Of a DNA stretch of 64,000 nt, positions 26,801 through 41,900 are shown one piece after another; position 1 is the first letter of the stretch, and the number at the start of each line of letters is the position of its first letter. Where the stretch lies: NCBI RefSeq assembly GCF_009914755.1, contig NC_060926.1. The stretch is one strand, 5' to 3'. A program made the translations under genes and the position numbers. The notes beneath the pieces were generated by a model, which was given only the letters and a program-made list of their open reading frames with translations, had not been told where the DNA came from and ran no database searches. This DNA comes from the human T2T-CHM13v2.0 reference genome, Homo sapiens.

Positions 26801-29800
26801 ACTCGAATGGAATCATCAAATGGATTTGAGAGGAATCATCATCGAATGGAATTGAACAGAATCATCAACTGGACTCGAATGGAATCCTCATTGAATGGAA
26901 TCGAATGGAATCATTGAATGGAGTCGAATGGAATCATCAGCAAATGGAATCGAATGGAATCATTGAATATCAACGAATGGAATCATCATCGAATGGAGTC
27001 GAATGGAATCATCAAACGAACTCGAATGCAATCATCATAGAATGGAATCGAATGGAATCTTTGAATGGACCTGAATGGAATCATCATCGAATGCAAACGA
27101 ATGGAATCATCATCAAATGGAATCACATGGAATCATCAAATGGAAAAGAATTGAATAATCATAGAAAGGAATTGAATAGAATCATCGAATGAAACCGAAT
27201 GGAATCATCATCGAATGGAATCGAATGGAATCATCAACAAGTCGAAACGAATGAAATCATCGAATGGAATCGAATGGTGTCATCGAATGGACACGAAAGG
27301 AATCATCGAATGGAATCAAATGGAATCACCATCGAATGAAATCAAATGGAATCACCATCGAATGGAATGTTATGAAATCATCTCATGGACTCGAAGGGAA
27401 TCATCATCGAATGGAATCGAATGGAATCATTGAATGAAATGGAAAGGAATCACCATCGAATGGAATGTTATGGAATCTTCTAATGGACTCGAAGGGAATC
27501 ATCATCGAATGGAATCGAATGGAATCATTGAATGCAATTGAGTGGAATCATCATCAAATGGAATCGAATGGAATCATCGAATGGAATCTGAATGGAATCA
27601 TGAATGAATGGAATCAAATGGAATAATCGAGTGGACAGGAATGGAATCATCATCGAAAGCAATGAAATGTAATTCAATCGAATGGACATGAATGGAATCA
27701 TCATTGAATGGAATCAAATGGAATCCTCATCGAATGGAATCGAATGGAATCATCAAATGGAATAGAATGGAGTCATCGTCGAATGTAATCGAATGTAATC
27801 ATCGAATGGCATCGAATGGAATCATCGACTGTAAAAGAATGGAATCATCATCGAATGGAAATGAATAGAATCACAGAATGAAATCGAATGGAATCATCAT
27901 CGAATGGAGTCTAATGGAATAATCATCGAATGGAATAGAATGGAATCATCGAGTGGACACGAATGGAATCATCATTAATGGAATCGAATAGAATCATCAA
28001 ATGGACTTGAATGGAAACAACATCGAATGGAATCGAATTTAGTCATTGAATTGCATTGAGTGGAATCATAATTGAATGGAATCTAAGGAAATCCTCGAAT
28101 GGACTGGAGTGGAATCATCGAATGGACTCGAGGGGAATCATCATCGAATGGCATCGACTGTAATCATCGATTGGACTCGAATGGAATCATCATTGAATGG
28201 AACCGAATGGAATCAACGAATGGACTCGAATAGAATCATCATCGAATGGAATCGAATGGAATCAAAGAATGGACTCTAATGGAGTCATCATCAAATGGAA
28301 TCTAATGGAATCATCTAATGGACCTGAAAGGAATCATCATTGAATGGAATCGAATGGAATCATCGAATGGACTCGAATGGAATCATCATCGAATGGAATC
28401 TAATGGAATCATTGAATGGACTCGAATGGAATAATCGAATGGGCTTGAGTGGAATCATCATCAAATGGAATCGAATGGAATCATCAAATGGACTCGAATG
28501 GAATCATCGTCAAATGGAATCGAATGGAATCATCATCAAAGGGAATCGAATGGAATCCTCATCGAATGGAATCGAACGGAATCATCATCGAATGGAATCA
28601 CCAAATTGAATCGAATGGATTGATCGTCAAAGACAATCGAAGGGAAACATCGAATGGGATTGAACGGAGTCATCGAATGGAATCGATAGGAATCATCGAA
28701 TGGATTCAAATGGAATCATCATCGAATGGAAACGAACGGAATCATCGAATGGACACTAATGGAATCATCATCGAATAGGATTGAATGGAATCATCAAATG
28801 GCATCGAATGGAATCACCATTGAATGGAATCGAATGGAATCATCGAATGGCATCGAATGGAATCATCATCGAATAAAATCAAATGGAATAATCGAATGTA
28901 CTCGAATGGAATCATCAAATGGATTTGAGAGGAATCATCATCGAATGGAATTGAACAGAATCATCAACAGGACTCGAATGGAATCCTCATTGAATGGAAT
29001 CGAATGGAATCATTGAATGGAGTCCAATGGAATCATCAGCAAATGGAATCTAATGGAATCATTGAATATCAACGAATGGAATCATCATCGAATGGAGTCG
29101 AATGGAATCATCAAATGAACTCGAATGCAATCATCATAGAATGGAATCGAATGGAATCTTTGAATGGACCTGAATGGAATCATCATCGAATGCAAACGAA
29201 TGGAATCATCATCAAAAGGAATCACATGGAATCGTCAAATGGAAAAGAATTGAATAATCATAGAAAGGAATTGAATAGAATCATCGAATGAAACCGAATG
29301 GAATCATCATCAAAAGGAATCACATGGAATCGTCAAATGGAAAAGAATTGAATAATCATGGAAAGGAATTGAATAGAATCATCGAATGAAACCGAATGGA
29401 ATGATCATCGTATGGAATCGAATGGAATCATCATCGAATGCAATTGAATGGAATCATCATCGAATGCAATCGAATTTAATCACGAACGAATGGAATTCAA
29501 AGGAATCATCATCGAATGGAACCAAATAGAATCATCAAATGGACTCGAAAGGAATCATCGAATGGACTCGAATGGAGTTGTCATCGAATGGAATCAAATG
29601 GAATCATCGAACGGAATTGAATCGAATCATCATTGAATGAAATCAAATGGAATCATCGAATGGACTCGAATGGAAGCAATATCAAATGGAATCGAAAGGA
29701 ATCATGGAATGCATTCAAAGGGAATAATCAAATGGACTCAAATGGAATCAACATCAAGTGGAATCGAAAGGAATCATCGAATGGACCAGAATGGAATCAT

Positions 29801-32428
29801 CATCGAATGGAATCGAATGGAATCATCGAATGGACTTGAATGGAATCACTATCTAATAGAACCGAATGGAATCATCATGGAATGGAACCGGAAGGAGTCA
29901 TTATCAAATGGAATCCAATGACATCATTGAATGGACTCGAATGGAATCATCATCAACTGGAATTGAATGGAATCATCGAACGGACTCCAGTGGAATCATC
30001 GGAGAATGGAATCGAATGGAATTATCAAACGGACTCTAATGGAATAAACTTTGAATGGAATCGAAGGGAATCATCAAATGGAATCGAATGCAATCATCGA
30101 ACGGAATCGAATGCCATCACCGAATGGAATCCAATGGAATCACCATTGAATGGACTCGAATGGAATCATCATTGAATGGAATCGAATGGAATCATCGAAT
30201 GGACTCGAATGGAATCATCATCGATTGGAATCAAATGGAATCATCGAATGGAATCGAAAGGAATCATCATCAACTGTAATGAACTGGAATCACTGAATGG
30301 AATCGAATGGAATCATCATCAAAAATAATCGAATAGAATAATCAAATGGAATCAAATGCAATCAACATCAAATGGAATCGAATGGAATCATAGAATGACA
30401 TCGAATGGAATCCTCATCGAATGGAATCAAAGGGAATCAATATCGAATGGAATCGAAAGCAATCACTGAATGGACTTGAATACAATCATCAAATGGATTT
30501 GAAGGGAATCCTCATTGAATGGAATAGAACAAAAACATTGAATGGACACGAATGGAATCATCATCGAATGGAATCAAATGGAGTCATCAAATGGACTCGA
30601 ATGGAATCATCATCAAATGGGATCATCATCAAATGGAATCGAATGGAGTCATCGAATGGACACGAATGAATGAACAAGTGGACTCGAATGGAAACATCAA
30701 ACAGAATCGAATGGAATCATCGAAAGTAATTGAATGGAATTATTGAATGGACTCGAATGGAATCATCTAATGGACACGAATGGAATAATCATAAAATGGA
30801 ATCGAATGGAATCATCAAATGGACTCGAATGAATGGAATCATTGAATGGACTCGAATGGAATCATCGAATGGACTCAAATGGAATCATCATCAAATGGAA
30901 TCGAATGGAATCATCGAATGGACTCGAATGGAATCATCAAATGGAATCTAACCGAATCGTCATCGAATGGAATCGAATGGAATCATCGAATGGAATTGAA
31001 GGCAATCATCATCGAATGGAATCGAATGGAATCATCATCAAATGGAATCAAGCGGAAGGAATCATCAAATGGAATCAAATGGAATCATTGTTGAATGGAA
31101 TGGAATGGAATCATTGAATGGAATTGAATGGGATCACCAATGAACGGAATCAAATGGAATCATCTTCTAATGGAATCGAAAGGAATCATCAAATACACTC
31201 GAATGGAATCATCATCGAATGGAATCGTGTGGAATCGTCGAATGAACTGGAAATGAATCATAATCAAATGCATTTAAAATGAATCATCATCGAAAGGAAT
31301 CACATGGAATCATCATCGAATGGAATCATACGGAAACATCACAGAATGGAATTGAATGGAATCACCAGTTGGACTCGAATGGAATCATCAAATGTACTCG
31401 AAGGGACGCGTCAAATGGACTCGAACGGAATCATCCTCGAATGGAATCGAATGGGATCATCGAAAGGACTCGAATCAAATCTTCAAAAGGACTCAAAGGG
31501 AATCATTGTAGAATGGAAATGAATAGAGTCATCTGACAGCCTCGAATGGAAGCATCATTGAATGGAATTGATTGGAAACATCGAATTCACTCGAATGGAA
31601 TCATCATCTGATGGAATTCAATGGAATCATCGAATGGACACAAATGGAATCATCATCAAATGGAATCCATTGGAACGATCGAATGGAATCGCATGGAATT
31701 ATCAAATGGAATCGAATGGAATCATCTTTGAATGGAATCAAATGGAATCATCGAATGGAATCGAATGCAATCATCATTGAATGGAATCGAATGGAATCAT
31801 CGAATGGTATCCAAAGGAATCACCATTGAATGCCCTCGCATGGAATCATCATCATATAGAGTAGAAAGGAATCCTTGAATGGACTCGAATGGAACCATCA
31901 TTGAATGGAATCACCAAATGGAATCAAATGGAATCATCATCAAATGAAATCAAACGGAATCATCAAATGTAATCGAATGGAATCATCATTGAATGGATTC
32001 GAATAGAATCTTTGAATGAAATTGAATGGAATCAGCATGAAATGGAATCTAAAGGAATCATAGAATGGTATCGAATGGAATCATCATCGAATGGAATGGA
32101 ATGGAATGGAACCAGCATCGAATGGAATCAAAAGCAATCTTTCAATGGACTCTAATAGAATCAGCGAATAGACTTGAATGTAATCATCATCGAATGGAGA
32201 AGAATGGAATCATCCAATGGACACGAATGGAATCATCCTCGAATGCAATCGAATGGAATCATATAATGGACCCGAATGGAATCATCATTGCATGGAATAG
32301 AATGGAATCGTCATCGAATGGAATCGTATGGAATCATCTAATGAACCCGAATGGAATCATCGTCGAAATGAATAGAATGCAATCATCATCAAATGGAATC
32401 GAATGGAATCATCATCAAATAGATTCGA
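23817..32428 (+). repeat. Higher-order unit U5, 8612 bp, type B with internal ~2.1 kb tandem duplication
   Basis: Landmarks repeat at +2099 (25977/28076, 26241/28340, 26627/28726, 26905/29004). Confidence 0.9.
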
Positions 32429-35400
32429 ATGGAATCATCAAATGGAATCGAATGGAGTCATTGTCTAATGCAATCGAATGAAATCATAGAATGGAATCCC
32501 ATGGAATCAACATCGAATGGAATCGATTGGAATCATTATCAAATAGAATTGAATGGAATCACTGAATGGAATCATCATCAAATGGACTCCAACGGAATCA
32601 TCGAATTGACTCTAATGGAATCATCACTGAATGGAATAGAATGGAATAATCAAATGGAAACGAATGGAATCATCATCGAATGGAATTGAATGGTATCAAC
32701 AAATGCACTTGAATGGAATCATCAATGAATGCAATCGAATGGTATAATCGAATGGAATCAAATGGAATCATCTTCGAGTGGAACCTAAAGGAATCGCCAA
32801 ATGGACTCCAATGGAATAATCATCGTATGGAATCGAGTGGAATCATCGAATGTACTCCAATGGAATCATCGAATGGAATCGAATGGAATCATGGTCGAAC
32901 GGAAAAGAATGGAATCATCAAGTGGACACGAATGGAATCAACATCTAATGGAATGGAATGGAATCATCAAATGGAATGGAATGGAATCATCATCGAATGG
33001 AATAAAATGGAATCATCAAATGGAATCAAATGGAATCATCAATGAATGGAATCGAATGGTATCATGGAATGGAATTGAATGGAATCGTCTTTGAGTGGAA
33101 TCTAAAGGAATCACCGAATGGACTCCAATCATCAGATGGAATCGAGTGGAATCATCGAATGTAGTCGAATGCAATCATCATCGAATGGAATTGAATGGAA
33201 TAAACGAATGGAATAGAAAGGAATCATAGAATGGACTCGAAAGGAATCATCATTGAATGGAATGAAATGGAATCATCATGGAATGGAATTGAATGGAATC
33301 ATCGAATGGACTCGAAAGGAATTATGCTCGAATGGAATCTAATGGAATCATCAAATGGACTCAAATGGAATCATCATCGAATGAAATCGTATGGAATCAT
33401 CGAATGCAACTGAATGGAATCATTGAATGGACTTGAAAGGAATTATTATGGAATGGAATTGAATGGAATCATTGAATGGACTTGAAAGGAATCATCATCA
33501 AGTGGAATCGAATGGAATCATTGAATGGACTCCAAGTGAATCTTTGAATGGAATCGAATCGAATCATCATTGAATGGAGTCAAATGGAATCATCATCAAA
33601 TGGAATTGAATGGAATCTTCATTGAATGGACTCGAATGGAATCATCATCAAATGGAATCTAATCGAATCATCAATGAAGGGAATCGAATGGAATCATCAT
33701 CGAATGGAATCGAATGGAATCATCAACAAGTGGAAACGAATGAAATCATCGAATGGAATCCAATGGTGTCATCGAATGGACACGAAAGGAATCATCGAAT
33801 AGAATCCAATGGAATCACCATCGAATGGAATCAAATGGAATCACCATCGAATGGAATGTTATGAAATCATCTCATGGACTCGAAGGGAATCATCATCAAA
33901 TGGAATCGAATGGAATCATTGAATGAAATGGAAAGGAATCACCATCGAATGGAATGTTATGGAATCTTCTAATGGACTCGAAGGGAATCATCATCGAATG
34001 GAATCGAATGGAATCATTGAATGCAATTGAATGGAATCATCATCAAATGGAATCGAATGGAATCATCGAATGGAATCTGAATGGAATCATCAATGAATGG
34101 AATCAAATGGAATCATCTAATGGACGTGAATGGAATCATCATCGAAAGCAATGAAATGTAATTCAATCGAATGGACATGAATGGAATCATCATTGAATGG
34201 AATCAAATGGAATCCTCATCGAATGGAATCGAATGGAATCATCAAATGGAATAGAATGGAGTCATCGTCGAATGTAATCGAATGTAATCATCGAATGGCA
34301 TCGAATGGAATCATCAACTGGAAAAGAATGGAATCATCATCGAATGGAAATGAATAGAATCACAGAATGAAATCGAATGGAATCATCATCGAATGGAGTC
34401 TAATGGAATAATCATCGAATGGAATAGAATGGAATCATCGAGTGGACACGAATGGAATCATCATTGAATGGAATCGAATAGAATCATCAAATGGACTTGA
34501 ATGGAAACAACATCGAATGGAATCGAATTTAGTCATTGAATTGCATTGAGTGGAATCATAATTGAATGGAATCTAAGGAAATCCTCGAATGGACTGGAGT
34601 GGAATCATCGAATGGACTCGAGGGGAATCATCATCGAATGGCATCGACTGTAATCATCGATTGGACTCGAATGGAATCATCATTGAATGGAACCGAATGG
34701 AATCAACGAATGGACTCGAATAGAATCATCATCGAATGGAATCGAATGGAATCAAAGAATGGACTCTAATGGAGTCATCATCAAATGGAATCTAATGGAA
34801 TCATCTAATGGACCTGAAAGGAATCATCATTGAATGGAATCGAATGGAATCATCGAATGGACTCGAATGGAATCATCGTCGAATGGAATCTAATGGAATC
34901 ATTGAATGGACTCGAATGGAATAATCGAATGGGCTTGAGTGGAATCATCATCAAATGGAATCGAATGGAATCATCAAATGGACTCGAATGGAATCATCGT
35001 CAAATGGAATCGAATGGAATCATCATCAAAGGGAATCGAATGGAATACTCATCGAATGGAATCGAACGGAATCATCATCGAATGGAATCACCAAATTGAA
35101 TCGAATGGATTGATCGTCAAAGACAATCGAAGGGAAACATCGAATGGGATTGAACGGAGTCATCGAATGGAATCGATAGGAATCATCGAATGGTTTCAAA
35201 TGGAATCATCATCGAATGGAAACGAACGGAATCATCGAATGGACACGAATGGAATCATCATCAAATAGGATTGAATGGAATCATCAAATGGCATCGAATG
35301 GAATCACCATTGAATGGAATCGAATGGAATCATCGAATGGCATCGAATGGAATCATCATCGAATAAAATCAAATGGAATAATCGAATGTACTCGAATGGA

Positions 35401-38400
35401 ATCATCAAATGGATTTGAGAGGAATCATCATCGAATGGAATTGAACAGAATCATCAACAGGACTCGAATGGAATCCTCATTGAATGGAATCGAATGGAAT
35501 CATTGAATGGAGTCGAATGGAATCATCAGCAAATGGAATCGAATGGAATCATTGAATATCAACGAATGGAATCATCATCGAATGGAGTCGAATGGAATCA
35601 TCAAATGAACTCGAATGCAATCATCATGGAATGGAATCGAATGGAATCTTTGAATGGACCTGAATGGAATCATCATCGAATGCAAACGAATGGAATCATC
35701 ATCAAAAGGAATCACATGGAATCGTCAAATGGAAAAGAATTGAATAATCATAGAAAGGAATTGAATAGAATCATCGAATGAAACCGAATGGAATCATCAT
35801 CAAAAGGAATCACATGGAATCGTCAAATGGAAAGGAATTGAATAATCATGGAAAGGATTGAATAGAATCATCGAATGAAACCGAATGGAATGATCATCGT
35901 ATGGAATCGAATGGAATCATCATCGAATGCAATTGAATGGAATCATCATCGAATGCAATCGAATTTAATCACGAACGAATGGAATTCAAAGGAATCATCA
36001 TCGAATGGAACCAAATAGAATCATCAAATGGACTCGAAAGGAATCATCGAATGGACTCGAATGGAGTTGTCATCGAATGGAATCAAATGGAATCATCGAA
36101 CGGAATTGAATCGAATCATCATTGAATGAAATCAAATGGAATCATCGAATGGACTCGAATGGAAGCAATATCAAATGGAATCGAAAGGAATCATGGAATG
36201 CATTCCAAGGGAATAATCAAATGGACTCAAATGGAATCAACATCAAGTGCAATCGAAAGGAATCATCGAATGGACCAGAATGGAATCATCATCGAATCGA
36301 ATCGAATGGAATCATCGAATGGACTTGAATGGAATCACTATCTAATAGAACCGAATGGAATCATCATGGAATGGAACCGGAAGGAGTCATTATCAAATGG
36401 AATCCAATGACATCATTGAATGGACTCGAATGGAATCATCATCAACTGGAATTGAATGGAATCATCGAACGGACTCCAGTGGAATCATCGGAGAATGGAA
36501 TCGAATGGAATTATCAAACGGACTCGAATGGAATAAACTCTGAATGGAATCGAAGGGAATCATCAAATGGAATCGAATGCAATCATCGAACGGAATCGAA
36601 TGCCATCACCGAATGGAATCCAATGGAATCACCATTGAATGGACTCGAATGGAATCATCATTGAATGGAATCGAATGGAATCATCGAATGGACTCGAATG
36701 GAATCATCATCGATTGGAATCAAATGGAATCATCGAATGGAATCGAAAGGAATCATCATCAACTGTAATGAACTGGAATCACTGAATGGAATCGAATGGA
36801 ATCATCATCAAAAATAATCGAATAGAATAATCAAATGGAATCAAATGCAATCAACATCAAATGGAATCGAATGGAATCATAGAATGACATCGAATGGAAT
36901 CCTCATCGAATGGAATCAAAGGGAATCAATATCGAATGGAATCGAAAGCAATCACTGAATGGACTTGAATACAATCATCAAATGGATTTGAAGGGAATCC
37001 TCATTGAATGGAATAGAACAAAAACATTGAATGGACACGAATGGAATCATCATCGAATGGAATCAAATGGAGTCATCAAATGGACTCGAATGGAATCATC
37101 ATCAAATGGGATCATCATCAAATGGAATCGAATGGAGTCATCGAATGGACACGAATGAATGAACAAGTGGACTCGAATGGAAACATCAAACAGAATCGAA
37201 TGGAATCATCAAAAGTAATTGAATGGAATTATTGAATGGACTCGAATGGAATCATCTAATGGACACGAATGGAATAATCATAAAATGGAATCGAATGGAA
37301 TCATCAAATGGACTCGAATGAATGGAATCATTGAATGGACTCGAATGGAATCATCGAATGGACTCAAATGGAATCATCATCAAATGGAATCGAATGGAAT
37401 CATCGAATGGACTCGAATGGAATCATCAAATGGAATCTAACCGAATCGTCATCGAATGGAATCGAATGGAATCATCGAATGGAATTGAAGGCAATCATCA
37501 TCGAATGGAATCGAATGGAATCATCATCAAATGGAATCAAGCGGAAGGAATCATCAAATGGAATCAAATGGAATCATTGTTGAATGGAATGGAATGGAAT
37601 CATTGAATGGAATTGAATGGGATCACCAATGAACGGAATCAAATGGAATCATCTTCTAATGGAATCGAAAGGAATCATCAAATACACTCGAATGGAATCA
37701 TCATCGAATGGAATCGTGTGGAATCGTCGAATGAACTGGAAATGAATCATAATCAAATGCATTTAAAATGAATCATCATCGAAAGGAATCACATGGAATC
37801 ATCATCGAATGGAATCATACGGAAACATCACAGAATGGAATTGAATGGAATCACCAGTTGGACTCGAATGGAATCATCAAATGTCCTCGAAGGGACGCGT
37901 CAAATGGACTCGAACGGAATCATCCTCGAATGGAATCGAATGGGATCATCGAAAGGACTCGAATCAAATCTTCAAAAGGACTCAAAGGGAATCATTGTAG
38001 AATGGAAATGAATAGAGTCATCAGACAGCCTCGAATGGAAGCATCATTGAATGGAATTGATTGGAAACATCGAATTCACTCGAATGGAATCATCATCTGA
38101 TGGAATTCAATGGAATCATCGAATGGACACAAATGGAATCATCATCAAATGGAATCCATTGGAACGTTCGAATGGAATCGCATGGAATTATCAAATGGAA
38201 TCGAATGGAATCATCTTTGAATGGAATCAAATGGAATCATCGAATGGAATCGAATGCAATCATCATTGAATGGAGTCGAATGGAATCATCGAATGGTATC
38301 CAAAGGAATCACCATTGAATGCCCTCGCATGGAATCATCATCATATAGAGTAGAAAGGAATCCTTGAATGGACTCGAATGGAACCATCATTGAATGGAAT

Positions 38401-38917
38401 CACCAAATGGAATCAAATGGAATCATCATCAAATGAAATCAAACGGAATCATCAAATGTAATCGAATGGAATCATCATTGAATGGATTCGAATAGAATCT
38501 TTCAATGAAATTGAATGGAATCAGCATGAAATGGAATCTAAAGGAATCATAGAATGGTATCGAATGGAATCATCATCGAATGGAATGGAATGGAATGGAA
38601 CCAGCATCGAATGGAATCAAAAGCAATCATTCAATGGACTCTAATAGAATCAGCGAATAGACTTGAATGTAATCATCATCGAATGGAGAAGAATGGAATC
38701 ATCCAATGGACACGAATGGAATCATCCTCGAATGCAATCGAATGGAATCATATAATGGACCCGAATGGAATCATCATTGCATGGAATAGAATGGAATCGT
38801 CATCGAATGGAATCGTATGGAATCATCTAATGAACCCGAATGGAATCATCGTCGAAATGAATAGAATGCAATCATCATCAAATGGAATCGAATGGAATCA
38901 TCATCAAATAGAATCGA
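32429..38917 (+). repeat. Higher-order unit U6, 6489 bp, full-length type B
   Basis: All major landmarks are present in canonical order. Very similar to the preceding 6.49 kb. Confidence 0.9.
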
Positions 38918-41900
38918 ATGGAATCATCAAATGGAATCGAATGGAGTCATTGTCTAATGCAATCGAATGAAATCATAGAATGGAATCCCATGGAATCAAC
39001 ATCGAATGGAATCGATTGGAATCATTATCAAATAGAATTGAATGGAATCACTGAATGGAATCATCATCAAATGGACTCCAACGGAATCATCGAATTGACT
39101 CTAATGGAATCATCACTGAATGGAATAGAATGGAATAATCAAATGGAAACGAATGGAATCATCATCGAATGGAATTGAATGGTATCATCAAATGCACTTG
39201 AATGGAATCATCAATGAATGCAATCGAATGGTATAATCGAATGGAATCAAATGGAATCATCTTCGAGTGGAACCTAAAGGAATCGCCAAATGGACTCCAA
39301 TGGAATAATCATCGTATGGAATCGAGTGGAATCATCGAATGTACTCGAATGGAATCATCGAATGGAATCGAATGGAATCATGGTCGAACGGAAAAGAATG
39401 GAATCATCAAGTGGACACGAATGGAATCAACATCTAATGGAATGGAATGGAATCATCAAATGGAATGGAATGGAATCATCATTGAATGGAATAAAATGGA
39501 ATCATCAAATGGAATCAAATGGAATCATCAATGAATGGAATCGAATGGTATCATGGAATGGAATTGAATGGAATCGTCTTTGAGTGGAATCTAAAGGAAT
39601 CACCGAATGGACTCCAATCATCAGATGGAATCGAGTGGAATCATCGAATGTAGTCGAATGCAATCATCATCGAATGGAATTGAATGGAATAAACGAATGG
39701 AATACAAAGGAATCATAGAATGGACTCGAAAGGAATCATCATTGAATGGAATGAAATGGAATCATCATGGAATGGAATTGAATGGAATCATCGAATGGAC
39801 TCCAAAGGAATTATGCTCGAATGGAATCTAATGGAATCATCAAATGGACTCAAATGGAATCATCATCGAATGAAATCGTATGGAATCATCGAATGCAACT
39901 GAATGGAATCATTGAATGGACTTGAAAGGAATTATTATGGAATGGAATTGAATGGAATCATTGAATGGACTTGAAAAGAATCATCATCAAGTGGAATCGA
40001 ATGGAATCGTTGAATGGACTCGAATTGAATCTTTGAATGGAATCGAATGGAATCATCATTGAATGGAGTCAAATGGAATCATCATCAAATGGAATTGAAT
40101 GGAATCTTCATTGAATTTACTCGAATGGAATCATCATCAAATGGAATCTAATCGAATCATCAATGAAGGGAATCGAATGGAATCATCATCGAATGGAATC
40201 GAATGGAATCATCAACAAGTGGAAACGAATGAAATCATCGAATGGAATCGAATGGTGTCATCGAATGGACACGAAAGGAATCATCGAATGGAATCAAATG
40301 GAATCAACATCGAATGGAATCCAATGCAATCACCATCGAATGGAATGTTATGAAATCATCTCATGGACTCTAAGGGAATCATCATCGAATGGAATCGAAT
40401 GGAATCATTGAATGAAATGGAAAGGAATCACCATCGAATGGAATGTTATGGAATCTTCTAATGGACTCGAAGGGAATCATCATCGAATGGAATCCAATGG
40501 AATCATTGAATGCAATTGAATGGAATCATCATCAAATGGAATCGAATGGAATCATCGAATGGAATCTGAATGGAATCATCAATGAATGGAATCAAATGGA
40601 ATCATCTAATGGACGTGAAAGGAATCATCATCGAAAGCAATGAAATGTAATTCAATCGAATGGACATGAATGGAATCATCATTGAATGGAATCAAATGGA
40701 ATCATCAAATTGAATAGAATGGAGTCATCGTCGAATGTAATCGAATGTAATCATCGAATGGCATCGAATGGAATCATCGACTGGAAAAGAATGGAATCAT
40801 CATCGAATGGAAATGAATAGAATCACAGAATGAAATCGAATGGAATCATCATCGAATGGAGTCTAATGGAATAATCATCGAATGGAATAGAATGGAATCA
40901 TCGAGTGGACACGAATGGAATCATCATTGAATGGAATCGAATAGAATAATCAAATGGACTTGAATGGAAACATCATCGAATCTAATTGAATTTAGTCATT
41001 GAATGGCATTGAGTGGAATCATCATTGAATGGAATCTAAGGAAATCATCGAATGGACTGGAGTGGAATCATCGAATGGACTCGAGGGGAATCATCATCGA
41101 ATGGATTCGACTGTAATCATCGATTGGACTCGAATGGAATCATCATTGAATGGAATCGAATGGAATCAACGAATGGACTCGAATAGAATCATCATCGAAT
41201 GGAATCGAATGGAATCAAAGAATGGACTCTAATGGAGTCATCATCAAATGGAATCTAACGGAATCATCTAATGGTCCTGAAAGGAATCATCATTGAATGG
41301 AATCGAATGGAATCATCGAATGGAGTCGAATGGAATCATCATCGAAGGGAATCTAATGGAATCATTGAATGGACTCGAATGGAATAATCGTATGGGCTTG
41401 AGTGGAATCATCATCAAATGGAATCGAATGCAATCATCAAATGGACTCGAATGGAATCATCGTCAAATCGAATCGAATGGAATCATCATCAAAGGGAATC
41501 GAATGGAATCCTCATCGAATGGAATCGAACGGAATCATCATCGAATGGAATCACCAAATTGAATAGAATGGAATGATCGTCAAAGACAATCGAAGGGAAA
41601 CTTCGAATGGGATTGAACGGAGTCATCGAATGGAATCGATAGGAATCATCGAATGGATTGAAATGGAATCATCAACGAATGGAAACGAACGGAACATCGA
41701 ATGGACACGAATGGAATCATCATCAAATAGGATTGAATGGAATCATCAAATGGCATCGAATGGAACCACCGTTGAATGGAATCGAATGGAATCATCGAAT
41801 GGCATCGAATGGAATCATCATCGAATAAAATCAAATGGAATAATCGAATGTACTCGAATGGAATCATCAAATGGATTTGAGAGGAATCATCATCGAATGG

